Part shown: in pieces, positions 39,163-53,122 of the stretch
Layout: every line of letters starts with the position of its first letter
Numbering within the stretch: the stretch's first letter is position 1
Source of the DNA: Cirrosporium novae-zelandiae
Taxonomy: Eukaryota
DNA: 64,000 nt
Direction: 5' to 3'
Assembly: GCA_026023565.1 (NCBI GenBank)
Contig: JAPETS010000032.1
Coordinates: forward strand, 124,001 to 188,000
The notes under the pieces: model-generated
Seen by the model: only the letters and a program-made list of their open reading frames with translations
Told to the model about the DNA's origin: nothing
Databases searched by the model: none
Made by a program: the position numbers and the translations under genes

Positions 39163-40100
39163 CTTGTTGCTATAAGTACCTAGGGAGGTATGATATCATG
39201 TCATGGCGGCCTGCTATGCATGCGGATCTCGAGCCACTGAATTGATGGGGATTCTTTAAGTTAATGAGATAGACTCGATGGGTACAATGATATTTTAGAT
39301 TGCAACTGATGATTATATCTACGTAGTACTTGAGTACGAAAGCTCTTGATCTAACTTGACTAGATCTAGTATACTATTTTTCGTTGACATTGGATTATTA
39401 TTTCCGGGTACGCTGATGGCCGTTGGAATAGGTAGCTCCGCAACTGTTCCATAGTAGATATTTCCATCAGGTATGCATTCTTTACTCTTGGATATTTGGA
39501 AAATTGATTCTGTCTTCGTGATAAGGGGTGATGTTATTCCAGAGCATATCGTCACATTAGGTCTCTTGCCCTAGATGGCTTTTTCTGAGCTTCTACCTAG
39601 CAAGCAACACCACAATTAATTACGTGAAGTTCATTCACCAACGAGAATAGGCCTCACAGTAAGGTCATAATAAGCATAATTAACACTAATTACCCACCCT
39701 AAAAGTTCCCCAATCACGGACCGCACCGAAGATGCTTTAGGTGTTTGAGGTACTTTCACTAGGGTACCGCTGGGCGTCCTTCCTCCCTCGCTTTTGGGGG
39801 GAGGGGGGAGGGTATTCCAGCAAGAAAAGGCAACGGGCATTATCACTTTTCTAAAAAAAGAAGCATCTAAAATTATTAAACTGGCCTATATGTCCTCGAG
39901 CTTCTTTCACGCCTCTAAGGTGATGCAGCGTTTAAAAACCGTGACTGGGTTCATTAACTTGGTACCGCGTCAAGTTCCATTCACGATACAAATTCGTTGC
40001 AACATTGGACGGTCATTTTCTACCGACCTTTCTGGTAAGCGTACTTGCAAAATTCCTTTGGGCTGTTTTGTTAACTTCCTTTTCGTTCGCTACAGGATCC

Positions 40101-41705
40101 ATGGATCCAGATAAAGCTAGCGAAAACCCTTTCTTTCATTATACCTCTGGACGTTGGCTATGGGATGAGGCGAACCAGCTCCGAAAACGTTCCCAGCCTT
40201 TTAATATTGAAATGCTTAAAGAAACCGCGGCTAGATCAGTCAACGCGAGCTCTTGTATTAGTATGGCCAAACTGCCTGAAGGCTCAGATAATAGGGTCTT
40301 CTTGTTGACGATGGGTAACGGTGTGCAAGTCGTTGCAAAGATCCCTAATCCTTATCTCCCTCAGAAAGTCGTGATAGCTAGTGAAGTTGTAACTCTTGAT
40401 TTCTTTCGGAATGTATTGAATATTCCTGTTCCACAAGTCTTCGCTTGGAGCAGCAACAAAGATCAAGCCATCGGAGTGGAATATATTATTATGGAAAAGG
40501 CTCCAGGTAAGGAGCTTAGGGAATCCTGGGCAACTATGGATATATCGGACAGGGTGGACATCGTGTCTCAACTTGCGAGCATTCAAACGAAAATATCTTC
40601 TACTGATTTTAGATATTACGGGAGCTTGTACTATCGTAGCGAAACGAACGCTTATCTAGATATCCCTGGAGAGCCGGAGCGATTTTGCATTGGTCCTTCT
40701 TCCGCAATACGTTTTTGGGAAGCAGAACGAAGGTCTATGGATGAATACAGAGGGCCTTGTAAGCAAGCACGGGAACACGATTTCTCACATTCAACTAACA
40801 AACTATCTCGCAAAATAAGGGTCATTGCCTATCTCTTACGCGAAAGACACCGCAAAACGAGAGAGACAATGGATAAAGCGGTTTGCAGAACCTCACGATA
40901 TGGCTAATCCCTTGCGGCAGTCTGATGATCAAGAATCTCCTGACTGCCATATTCAACTTCTAGACAAATATCTGAAAATCATATCCCATTTGATATCTCC
41001 AAACCATGACCTACATCGATCCACACTTTGGTATCCCGATTTGAACTGTAGAAATATCTTTGTTGAGAATAACAAGATTGTATCAGCCTTCCGCTTTTTA
41101 TTACCTGCCGAATACCAAAGTTTCTCAAGATCAACGGGCCCCTGCTTTTTGATCTTCCTCCTGCCACAGGGCTCACCGCACAGGAGAAAAAGGAAAACTT
41201 ACTCAGGTATCAGCTTACGCAATTACAGAGGTTTTACATTTCTAAATTCCAAAATCTGGACAATGGGGTCTTCCGTGCCCTTTCCGACCCTCACGCCTTA
41301 ACTCGACAGCAACTTGTCGACTTTGCAGGGTCTACCTGGGAAGACGATGGACTATTTCTTTTCCGGGAAATGATGCATCGAACACGGCGTGACTGGGAGG
41401 AAATAACAGGTCGACCACGCTGCGAGTGTCCCGTGTCATTTAGCCCCGATGAACTTTCATCCCATACCGCCGAAGGAAAATGCTAGAATGATCATAGAGA
41501 CTTCTTCGACTTTCTCGGTATCCCTATTGACGGCTAGGTACACCCCGAGGACTTCGAAGCCAAGATAGAGACGATGCGGAATCCAGCTACAGAGATGATA
41601 GATGCTGCGGACGATAAGGAGGAGAAGAGACGTGCGCTAAGGGCTTGGAAGCTGACGAAATCAGGGACTACTATGTGCCTACCAGGCGATGTCATGGATA
41701 TCTAA
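40101..41705 (+). pseudogene. Aminoglycoside-phosphotransferase-like (APH/Aim9-like) kinase pseudogene; intron 40759-40819
   Basis: Motifs FFHYTSGRWLWDE, KLPEGSDNRVFLLTM, VVAKIP, ASEV.TLDF, PVPQVFAW and GVEYIIMEKAPG. The IDWQ motif is missing and the frame shifts at about 41081. In-frame TAG at 41484-41486 and 41535-41537. Confidence 0.85.
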
Positions 41706-42570
41706 TTAATTAGAAGTTTTGCTATCCAACACTGTTCCTAATAGACGGATGAAAGTGGACTATATGCTACCCAAAGCCAGCAAAACCCCTTGTTGCCGGA
41801 CCCATACCCATTTCGTACAAATCCGATAGGTTATTGTGTTCTTTTGAAAACAAAACTTAGGGAAAACATCCCAGTTTTCTTCACCTAGCAACAGCAAGCA
41901 GTAGCAGCAGCAGCAGCAGCAGAACTGGTGGTCGGGTCGTGTGCATCTCACTGGGTTGCAGAAGCAGCCAGCCGTTCAGGTAATCAATTGCAGACAGACA
42001 GACAGACGGTAATTAATTAGTATAACTGACCATAAATGAAAATTATCAAATCGTATAGTTAGAAGGGAAACCGGAAGACGGATGGATGATTCTTTTAATA
42101 TATATACATATATATATGATACAACAAAATCCAAATCATCTATATAATCATAAGCCAAAGAAAGGTGAAAGTGTGAAGAAGTAAAAGGTGTGGTTGTGAG
42201 GTTACCTTACCTACCTACCTATCTAACCCCTACCCCTTACCCAGCACCAAAAACCAAACACCAACCTAGAATCAAAGGGACAATTAATTCCCTTCCACAA
42301 CCCCAAGCCGCCGCCGCCGCAGACCCAAGCCATGCCATACCATGCCGAACCAAAACCCACCCCCTGCCCCCTTATCCGAATGGGCATATGCAGCATCATT
42401 TCATGCACAACACACATATTCTGTCTGTAGTTACAAAGGTCGTCGTCGTCGGACGCATCCCATCCATCCAGCCACAAAGTAATTACACACATCTAAAAAA
42501 AAGGCGTCAGTTTTTTTTTTCTTTCTTCCCCCGTTCCTCATCTATCAAGGCAATCAAATCAATAAATAAA

Positions 42571-44287
42571 TCAATCCCAATCGCCCCTCCATGTATCGTG
42601 CCCGTTCTCATCATCACCGATATCCTCCCCCCTCCTCTGCATCTCCAATTCTTCTCCCTTCCAAAAAGACTCATGATCCGCATATTGCTCGGCTTTCCGG
42701 CCTAAGATCTGATCTGCTTTTCCAGGAGACCTTTTTCCATTCGTAGGTACTTCTTTTGGTCCCGTAGAGGTCATGAGCCAGTGTCTGTTATCAGCTCCAG
42801 CCCCGTCCATATTCCCATTCCCGTTCAAATTCCCACCTGAGCCTCCGTTCAGCTGCGGTCGCCAATTTGGTACCCGCGAATCAATCGGCGCTCGACCCCT
42901 GCCTGCCATCTGTTGCTGTCCATTACTATGATTGTATCCCATAACAGCTGCACTGCCCTCCCACTCTTCCTCTCTAGCTTTCCGTACCCGCTCCCGTGCT
43001 TCCACCCACGCCTGGCTGGGCTCCCAGTTCCACCCATCACCAGTTGTGTTGCAGATGGGGAAAAACCAGAGTAAAGGAATCGGCCCAAACAGGTGCACCA
43101 GATTGCGCCGCCAGCCCAAGTCCCATGCGTTGGGAAGGGATTCCGAGGCTTGTTCGTCCAGGTACGACGAGTAGCGATCACGTTCGCGTTCACGTTCGCG
43201 CGCCACGAAGGAGTTGTAGGGCGAAGGCGTGGCATGTTGGGAGAGGGATCGGTGCGCTGGGGAGGATGAATGAGACATACTATGCGACGGGGAGGGTGAA
43301 GAGTGTCGGGATTCGCCTTCTTCAGGCCGCGTAATTCCTGGGAGGGCATTGGCGTGGATTTCATAGAGTTGCTGGCCAAGTTGACCGAGACTTGGAGGGT
43401 CGTGTTCTGAATCTGAGATGTTTGAAAACGTTGAGGAAGGGAAATGGTGGTGTTGTGCTGCTTTACGGAGGGGTGAGAGGTAGCGGGTCTTTTCTAGGCA
43501 TTCGATGGTTGTTTGGCCGCGTATTGACAGCCAAATGTGCCAGCATGTAAAACCTGTCAAGACTAAACCGATAATTCCAGATATTACGACTAGAAGGACA
43601 TAGTTCACAGGCATAAGTGATTCGACCCATTGTCCATCACTCAATATCTCGCACCAAAGCCACGAGGCCGAGAGGAGTAGACATGTCCAACAGAAAAGGC
43701 TAGTATAGACGAGGAACAGTATGAATGCCTTGTAATTATGCAATCCAACACAAGTTGCTAGCCACGGACAATGATGATCCATTTTCAATACACATCGTCC
43801 GCAGGTGGAGCAATGATGTGCGCGGTCTGGCTTCTGTGCCTCACATTTTTTGCAGAATCTTGTTTCGCCGGTTGAGCTAACCGTGACGGATTTGAAGGTG
43901 ATGGGTTCGTGGGTTGGTAGGTGACTATAGCCATTTTTCGAAGTGAGCGGGGAGCCTGGATCGGTGAAGACGGCAGTGGTATAAGACCAATTGAGAAGAA
44001 GGCAAAGAATGATTCCGAGAGTAGAACAAGCGCGCGCTAGATGGAATAATATATTAGCAAGAGTCCTATTTAATTTGACTGTATAGTTTACCTAGAACAG
44101 TATGATTTGGAAAGGCAAGTCCTATGTGCGCTTGGACCCAAACAGCCCAAGTACTAAGTCCGTAGATAAAAGCAAGGGGAAAATAAGTCACTCCGATGCA
44201 GCAATACCGTTCACATTTACGAGCACATGCCTTGGACCTTCGTCTAGGAATAGGTGAAGAAGGGACATCTTGGGCGAGAGTTGCCAT
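42571..44287 (-). CDS. PFA3: DHHC palmitoyltransferase Pfa3; exons 44287-44092 and 44036-42571
   Basis: Motifs [66 protein letters not shown] and [10 protein letters not shown]. Confidence 0.92.
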
Positions 44288-44835
44288 GATTCTATTTTTT
44301 ATAGACGAGAAAACAAGGGATTAGGAGTCTCCTCCCGATATCATGATTGTTGTTGTCGTCGTCGTCAGCGTCAAAAAGAGAATCAAGTAATCGAGTATTC
44401 GAGTAGTTAGGCAACAAATAACGGTGTTAATAAACCCCCAAAAAAGAATATAATAATATTATTAAAAAAAAAGAGACCATAAGAAAAAGGGATATTCATC
44501 CAAGTCGATTGGTAATCGTTGAGGTAAATTGCCAGATGCTGGATGCCAGAGATGCCGATAAATAATTAATTACCCTTACCCGTACTCTAAATACGCCATT
44601 CGTCATCTTACAGCCTTCCATCAGCCCGCCAAGCACCATTCTCCCAACAAAAATCTTCCAAAGGAATCGGAACGTTGTAACGCCCAATCCATCATAACGT
44701 TGAAAAACAGTGCCACATACAATACCTCGTAAATTAACCTGCATTTCAATTAACCCGCTTCCAGTCAATTATAATTTATAATTTATCTAATATTCCTACA
44801 AGGCTACAACCCTCCGCAAACTTTATAATTCTCCT

Positions 44836-47800
44836 TTATCCCAAAAGCATCCACCACCATGTTTTTGTGACGTAGGATTCCTTTTCGATTTTCTCAATTC
44901 CTCCAGCTTTGATAGCCCATTCGAGCACAATCTCTATCTCCCATCTTTCCATACTCGGTCTGGCCATCCTTGCCATTTCTGTCGCCGTCAAGCCAGGTCG
45001 TAACGCCACAGATGAGAGAACAGCTGCCAAAGCCATGCTCCACATCACGCTCACAAAGTTATCGTTAATGTCAAACCAGACTGGTATTTTGGACATGGGA
45101 CTTCGAAGATGATCATCCGGTATTGAAGGAAGAGGAGATAGAGGGTTACCATAGATATAAGACTCAGAAGGACGAAGTTCCATATCGAAAAGCAACCTTT
45201 TTTTATCCATCATCCGAGTCTTGTATCCTCCATCCGTGAGGCCCTTTTTGTTCATGGGCACATTTCGTGCTCCAATTTTCACCAAGTGATTTGCAACCAG
45301 ATTATGTACAGCGAGAACGTCGCCATCTTCGGCATGGAATGAGAACATGGCGACTCCATCCTCTTTGAATTGTTCATCGAGAGTGTTTTTGTAGGTAGCT
45401 GCCCGACGGAGGTCGTGCTCTTGTATGCTCTTCCGCATTTGATGGAGAAAGTACTCGGTTACATCGTAACCTCGACCAGGCAGGTAACGACCCTTGTTAG
45501 CTCTGGTAAGGACTCTGTTTTGAATGAGGTTATTAACTGCATCGTCCACACCCTTATTACCAATAATCTTTAATTTTTCAGCGGCCGCGTTCTGGTCGAA
45601 TGTACTTTCGGGTGTTATCACGTTTGCACGAACCCAATTTTTGGCAAGATCATAAAGCTCCTTTTCTTTGACGAAACCCTTCGCGGGTCGAATGGGGATG
45701 ACAAACGAAATTGCACTGAGACGCGCACGCCTATCAGTGACGGACTCGTTTGCATTGTCCTCGTGGAATATATCCATGTTGACTTGCTTGACTTCCTCGA
45801 TCTCTTTAATCTCGTATTGACGTTTAAACTCCTTTTTAGTGGCAGGAAGAGCCAGAACCTTGTCTGGACGTGGGTTGGGAAGGCGTGTATAGGCCCAATC
45901 AACCAAGCCGTTCCAGTCATATTCTGTCAGTTTGTTGAAATTGATCGGAGGAACGTCCCCGTTTTCATATGCCTGAATAAAAAGCTCCTCAAAAGTTCGC
46001 TGCATTTTGTCAACCAAAGTTCTGCTTGACTGAGATACTCTGCGCCATATATCGTGTATGAAGTCAACATCATACTTGTCGAAGAGGCTTGCCACAAGGG
46101 GCCAATCCACAGTCCTTTCCAACCCACCTATAACAGAGCGTATGACGACCACGGCAGTCATTACTCTCTGTTTCAAGGCTTGCGGGATGTCCCGATAGTT
46201 ATTACGAGTGCGACGGACAACAAGAGGCTGAGGCCCCTTGACTTGCTTAGTACTGAACTCATTTGCAAGTGTTGACACACGATGGCCCGTTTGACGGCCT
46301 TGACGTTTTTTATGGAATCTGCTGGTAGGTGCGAAACTTGATCCTGCTATATTGCGTGGCCCTTTCGGTCTCTTTAGCGGTTCTACATCATCAATCTTAG
46401 AATACCCAGGAACCTTCCGTTGATGCTTTTTGCCGTCCTCAAACAATTTTCCGGATTCTAGTTGCTCCAAAGTAACCATTCTGACCTCAGAGTCTTCGAG
46501 TGATGCTCCCGAAAGTACTGGTACAGAACATTTTGCTGAATTGAAAATCGCCTTACTTAATGCATCATCAGGTGTTTGATGCAATCCGGGAAATGTGTGG
46601 TCGATGAAATTCCAAGAGGGGGATATTTGGCTGATGGGGACTGTCCTTTCAAAGTCGCTCACTCTGTCAACCTCCCACATGAATTTACTCCGGTCCGGAT
46701 TTTGGCACTGCTCAAAACTCTTCGTCGCGTTTCGGCTATAAGTCAAAATATCTTGGAGGTTCTTTGGAACGCATGGTGTCAGCGCACCTAGGCGTTCTGA
46801 CGGGATTGGTGAATCATCCCAAACACCATCTTCCGAGTCTGCAGGTGAAGATGGCCTAGCTGATTTCTGCAATCGGCGTTCTCGAACGTAATCTCCAGGC
46901 ATCAAATCTTTCGGCAAAAGCATCGGCAGAGACTTTTTTGTTGAAACGGGTTTGGGCACTATCTTTGTGATTCCAAATTCCGTAGAGAAAACGCCAGAAG
47001 ACGGGTAGAATTGTTGAAGAGGCTGAGTTAGGCTAGTGACACAAATTCTATCAAAAGAATTTTCAAAATGATTAGGGTGGGATTGAGCTGACAGGATGAC
47101 AGTCCTTTTGTAGCCATGCATCTGGTTGCGTCGTTCCTCATCTTTGTTCTTTTTCTGAATATGGGGATATGCGGAAGCGAGTTCTTCAAGATCGGCATCC
47201 AGGTCCATGAAATCTTCAGAGTCTGATGCAGGGAGATCCGGATCGAACGGCAAATTTAATCCTTGGGGTGGCTCGGGAAGTAATGCTGGTACATGTTGTT
47301 GAAAGGGCAAAGATTGATGAATAGGTTGTAAGCGAGCGATCTTTCGAGAAGAGGCCGGCACTGGGTGTGTTGTTGGAGGGAGAGACGGTCTTCCTTGTTT
47401 GTTTCTCTTCTTATTGGTCCGAACTCGTTTCTCTTCAAGCCTAGCTTCACGAGCTTTCGTTGCTTCTTCCCTGGCCTTCCTCTTTTCTTCTATTTCCTCT
47501 GGATTTTGTTCAGCGTGCTTCAAATAGGCTGGAGGGTTTTCGATTTTTACTTTCATATCCGTGATGGTGAAAGCCTTGCGATCATTATCATTCCAGTTTT
47601 TTCTCAAGTCGGGATTCACTTCCGCTTCTGGTGGTATGTATATGGATGGTGACATTGCAATCATCTTCTTCTGCAGAGCTTGCACACGTATATCGTTTGG
47701 GCTCATATCATAGAAGGTAAACATATTTTTTGTGATCATGACTCCACTTTTATCTTTAAAACAGAAAACTAGTTGTTTGAGCTTTCTAGAGTCAACTAAA

Positions 47801-50800
47801 CCCTTGAGAGCAGTTTTGATTGTGCGTCCATCTGGTTTGCCGGTATGGCCTGCTTTCATCCAGAGGGTAACAAAAGGGTACCAGAGTTCCTTATCCCCAG
47901 GAAATATCCCATTACAGGATTGTAAGATTTTCATAATGATTTTCCTTCTCTCAACTCCGATCGAGCCGCCCCATGGCCCAGCCCTTGTCAAAGTCCTATA
48001 TCTTGCTCTGTTCCCGGATCCTGCTTTTGATGGAGGTTGGTTGTCATCAAAAGGTTTCTCACACAATGTAGGAAGTTCACATTGTGATCTATCCTGAGGT
48101 TGAGTTTCCTCTGCATTTCTACTAGGTTGTTCTGATGGATCCTGGTTATCCCATTCTTGGATTGCTGGAGTCAAAGCTGGGCTCTGATTACCTCGAGAAT
48201 TGTTTTCATTAGTTTCGGTTTCGTTTATATGAGAGTTACTCTTGCTTAGATGATCTGCCTTATTCTCTTGATCCTTGTCAACTTCTTTGTGAGATTCATC
48301 CGTGTCGTCATCTTCCATATGTTCGCTCATCAATTGGAATAAGCGGTCAGCTTTGGCATTCACATCGTTGGATTCCACTGAGTGGTCTCGGTTTCTTATC
48401 AGCGTATCCTCTACTGTCTGGACTACGCTCTCTTGGGCATCCTCTAAAGGAGCAGTGTCGGTTTGATTGATGGGAACAAATGATGTAAAGCTAGCATTGC
48501 CGGGTTGAGATTCTGCTTCCGTGTTTTGTATTGGGGAATTACTGCTACGTCTGCTTGATATTGAACTTTGGTTTATCTTCTTCGCTTCGGGGTGTTCAAT
48601 CAAAGGCGTAGAAGGCGACGAAAGTTGTCGTTTCCTCTTTTTAGTAGCTCTCGAAGGCTCCGATAGTGTGCTTTCAACAAGATCATGTGGAGAATTTGAA
48701 TTCAGAATCGAGTTTGAAGGTTCAACACCTATCATGGGAGATCCAGAACCAAAACTGGAGTGACTCTTGGAACGCATCCCGGAGGTTTCAGTGGCAACTC
48801 GAGATGCCAGCCAATTTGCGGTCCATTCTTCTGGTGCTTCTACGTTTCGTGGTGGAGGAGGTGGCGGGGGAGTATTTGGTTTGAACCATTCCAAATCTTT
48901 GATTCGTGGTGATCGGAACACTACTGTTTTAGTTCTTCGAGGTCGACCTTTGGTTGTTCTATCCGGGTCACGCCAGCCCTTTGGTGGAATGTATATCCCT
49001 GGAGATGAGCGATTTAAAAAGGCAGTCTCCTCTTCCAGCCACTTAGTATCGACTTGGCCCTTCTTCTTGTTTGAATAAGCTGCATTGGGTAGTTTTCGAA
49101 CAGCCGGTTTAGGGGGTGGAAGCATTAACTGTGGGCTTTCAATGGAATCTTTCACTCCTGCCGGTTCAGAAACATCTTCCACATCTTCCACACTTTGGGT
49201 TAATCCAGCAGCCGATGCCGTACGCTTCCTGTTATTAGGAGGGTTTCTTTTACTGTAGGTTCTTGTTGTCTTAGGTTTCTCATATGAAAGAATGATGGAT
49301 CCGTCTGGGAGCTTTTTCTGGACCGGGTCTTTCCGGCCCAGATGAAAAGGTTGAAGTTTGCTCCGGGATGCCTTGAGGCATTCGGCTATGGTATAACTTC
49401 CATCCCCCATTTGATACGGCTTCTGCTCAATTGGGAAGCCATAATCGTCTAGTTTCGGTTCCTCAATAGCCAGTCCCTTTTTCCCTTTGGCTTTTTTTGC
49501 GAGCTCCTTTCTATCGATCCGAACGGCTTCCCAAACGGAACGCCCCATCTTCACCCGTTCTTCAAATTTATCGTATGTATAATGGATATAATGAGCGGTT
49601 TTATGACCCATAGCAGTATCGCGGATGATTGCGAGATGGCGAAGATGGGGGGGTTGGGAAAGCTCCCAAATATCAACGACACGAGACAAATAATGTTCGA
49701 ACGGCCGGTAGTAGAAGGGACCACAGGTAGATAGTCTCAGATCCTAGTATCATACGTTAAAAAAGTCCTCATACCTACTAACGATGATTCAACCTACCAT
49801 CGTACTAATCCCATTAATCCCTGCCTTTTGAACTTCACTGAATAGTAGATTTGCGATGTGACGATCAGAAGTCCATTCTGGCAATTTCCTACCGACTTCT
49901 TGTACCTGAATTTGATTAGATTTTTCTTGAACTCCTGTTGCGACTTTTAGTGCATTCTCCGGAATATCATTAGGTTCAATAGCCTCATCGTCACTGCCAC
50001 TGCCTGCATCTTCAGCGTCATCTTTTGGTGGATCCGCAAGAGAGTTCTCAGAGATTTTGAGTAGAGAATCAATCTCTTTCTCCTGTGGTTCTCGGACAAG
50101 CTGAATACATTTGTAAAGCATGTCTTTCACTCGTTCTTGTGTACAGGTTGACCTTGCTCTGACTCGCTTCAAAAACCCTGCGCCCTCCAGTCTACGAACG
50201 AGCCTGGACAAAACTCGCGACCTCCATTTCGAGTCCACCACATCCTATAGAAGTCAGTTCAGATCAAATTCTATTGATTAACGGTCACTAGTTTTTTCCT
50301 TACCATATTTTTCTTGAGATCAATAACAGAGATGAGTTCCTTGCCTCTCAGCATATTAAAGATTTGTTGGATCCATATTTTGAAATCAATCACTCCCGTC
50401 TCCTCTTTAGGAGCCTCCCCGTTCCCAGATGCACTAACGGTAGCATCCCGGTTCCTGTGTTGATTTAAAAATTTGTAATGTATACAAAGACTTGTTTGCA
50501 TTTTCCTGGCCTGAACCTTTCTTTTCTCAATATAGCCTTTTTCTTGGAGAGTATCAAGGCGCCTTGGAGTCGATCTTTTGTCCTGCCCGCTGATACGTGT
50601 GACATCTGTTTGTAGGATTCCATTCTCGCGAGCAGATGCAACAATCTGTAAAAGTGCAAACTCCATTCCAGGTATACGCTTGAAATCTGGGCTATGGCCA
50701 GCAAGAGCATGCCACATTCGCTCTTGGCTAACATAGATCCTCAAAGCTCTGCTCTCCACTTTTCTTTCCTCTGTTTTGCTGGCCTTTTCGGAGTTTTCAG

Positions 50801-51468
50801 GGGCCTCTAATTGAGCCAAGCTTGGAGTATCAACTTGCATTGCATTGTCGGTTGCTCCACTCGTAGCAGCCTGTTCACGTTGACAGTTCGTTTCACTCTC
50901 AAGATTAGCATTCCAGGCTTCTATTCCCGATAAACTGAGTCCATTTCCAGTCCTGTCCTTTCCAACAGAGACATCTTTGCATTTGACGAGCCATGACCAA
51001 ACCTTTTCCTTTAGAACTCGGTCAACCGTTGGAGGTTTGAAAGTAGCTTGAGTTGATGTTCCGTCTTGGGAACCATTCTTGTAAAAAGTTTCAACAAAGG
51101 TTGAAAAGTCATCTAAAGAGGCTCCTGTGCCAAGCAGTGAGCATAGGTCCTCTATTTAAAATAGATACGCAGATGATGAAAAAAGTAATAAAAATGTGTA
51201 GCCAAGTCGCAAGCGAGGATCGAACAAGCTAGATGTATTCTCCAAAGCAAAAGGGTGCCAACTGAGCCAGATCACCAGTAAGGCCAGGATCAGGAGCCAT
51301 TGAGATTTCGCTTCAGTTTCTGCCCAAGCTACGTGCAACGCAATGTTTTTTCATAGCTGCTATGCTAGAGGCACGCACATTTGTTCCAAAGAAATGCTTA
51401 CCTTGTTCACCACACCAAGCGATCTCATCCAGAAGGAATTTGATCAAAGCATCCACACTCCTAGCCAT
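44836..51468 (-). CDS. TFC3: TFIIIC B-block-binding subunit tau138 (Tfc3/Sfc3); exons 51468-51402, 51124-50304, 50244-49798, 49743-44836
   Basis: N-terminus MARSVDALIKFLLDEIAWCGEQG. B-block domain IYVSQERMWHALAGH...LLQIVASARENGILQTDVTRISGQDKRS...LQEKGYIEK, then SQPPHLRHLAIIRDT and C-terminal IPVWFDI...RPG...WWW. GT-AG introns are in frame. Confidence 0.88.
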
Positions 51469-51563
51469 CTTCTCCCACCAGCTTCCTTTGATAAAGATAG
51501 AAAAGTTCAAGTCATCAAAGTAGGTAAAAAGGTTAGTAATAGAAGGGTTTTTGTGTTGAGTCT

Positions 51564-51577
51564 CGGATTCGAATCCG
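51564..51577. promoter_or_regulatory. Isolated palindromic B-box (candidate extra-TFIIIC site) about 96 nt upstream of the TFC3 ATG
   Basis: CGGATTCGAATCCG is a perfect 14-bp palindrome closely matching the B-box (GGTTCGANYCC type) on both strands, and it is not inside a tRNA fold. Confidence 0.6.
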
Positions 51578-53016
51578 CCTCAGTTTTCCGAGGGCGGGGA
51601 AAAGATTTCTTGGCATTATCAAAGCCTATCCATCCAGTTACTCCATTCATATATAATTACCGTGTTACCATAGCAATTTTTCATTACTTTCACTTTATTC
51701 AACAAAATCTTTATCGCCGAGTGAAGTTGAAAAGTTAAAAGCAAATTATCACTTATTTCAGAATCACCGACAAAGAGATAGCGTCGGTATTATCTATGAA
51801 AACTTAATAATTTTCACGTCACACTATTCCTATAATCGCTCTTTAATATCTTTGTACTGTACCATCTACAGAATGTAAGTTTGTATATGATGTGGTGGAA
51901 TGCACTTTTAAACGAAGAACAGAGATGGGTTGGGGGAACGATATTAAATCAAAGGAGATGATCACCCTCTTCCTCGAAAGGAGACAGAAAGTTCTCAGCT
52001 GGATTACCAATTGCACGTCTACCGTACCCACAGATGTTCATATTTCCATAAACGTTGAATAATGAGTCATATTATAACAGCGAGATATGCATCTGCAAAT
52101 AAAGTGAAAATTATGTTACCCTTGGAATTAAAGGCATGGTAGCATTGCTATTCTGATCAAATTTACTGTTTGACTGGTAAGCAGCAAAGCTAGGCTAGGA
52201 CTACATAAATTTCCATAGATATCTCCAACCACCTCATATGAATTCCCCTATTATACCTAGTTATATCCATCTATCCGCACAAACAATCAACAATGCCGCG
52301 ATGCATTCGCTCTTGGGTATATCCGAGGACCACCAGTACTAATAAACACCTTATTCTTTATCTCGACACCAGGAGACCTTCTGGGCAGGGCGTATCTGGA
52401 GGGGTGACGTCGAGGTACAGCTCCATCCGAACCCTATAACAGGCCAACTACTTAGACTTATATGTACAGTAATGAAACCTACTATCACAATATCAGCACT
52501 GTCACCTTTGAATACCTCTGTGGGTGTGGCGTTCGGATTCCCTAGAGCCAACCTAAAATATACTGCTATATGCGAGTTCGGCTTCGGCCTGCGATATGTT
52601 TACTAATGGATCTAGGGATGGATCTAGGGATATAGGAACAACCATAATTACTGATATGTGGCAAAAATTGCCTTGGATGCTTCATGTTGAGATATTCCAG
52701 CTCCTAAAAAAAGTGTTACGTGAGCTATGCCGTCTTTGAATCGGCAGATCCTCATCTCGGTGACAAGTGGCAAATCGACTCTTCCATTCAGATTGCCTTA
52801 GTTCGTCAACGTAACTAACAGAACAAAGGTCGGACAATTACCCGCAGAAATGTGCGTCAGTAAGCATAACTCGAACATATTACTGTAGATGCATTGACGA
52901 GGGAATTATTTCTGCAGCTCGGCAAAAACTACAGCCTCCGGTCTCCCAAAACCTTCAAAAAAAAAACTTGAAGCCCTGTAAACAAAGGCATAAAGGGGAT
53001 ATTACAAAAATATAAC

Positions 53017-53122
53017 GGGTTCTGCCGGAATTCGAATCCGGGGCCTCTCGCAGGTTGCAGTAACGCTGGTTAACTCAGGGTTGGAGCCCTAAGCGAGAAT
53101 CATACCACTAGACCACAGAACC
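53017..53122 (-). tRNA. tRNA-Pro(AGG) with a 34-nt intron (53053-53086)
   Basis: Reverse complement GGTTCTGTGGTCTAGTGGTATGATTCTCGCTTAGGG[intron]TGCGAGAGGCCCCGGATTCGAATTCCGGCAGAACCC, giving a 72-nt mature cloverleaf with a downstream T-run. Confidence 0.95.

Noticed and set aside
34400..41800. Starship or autonomous transposon carrying the SPOK-like gene
   Set aside because: No tyrosine-recombinase captain, transposase, reverse transcriptase, LTRs or bounding TSD could be recognised.
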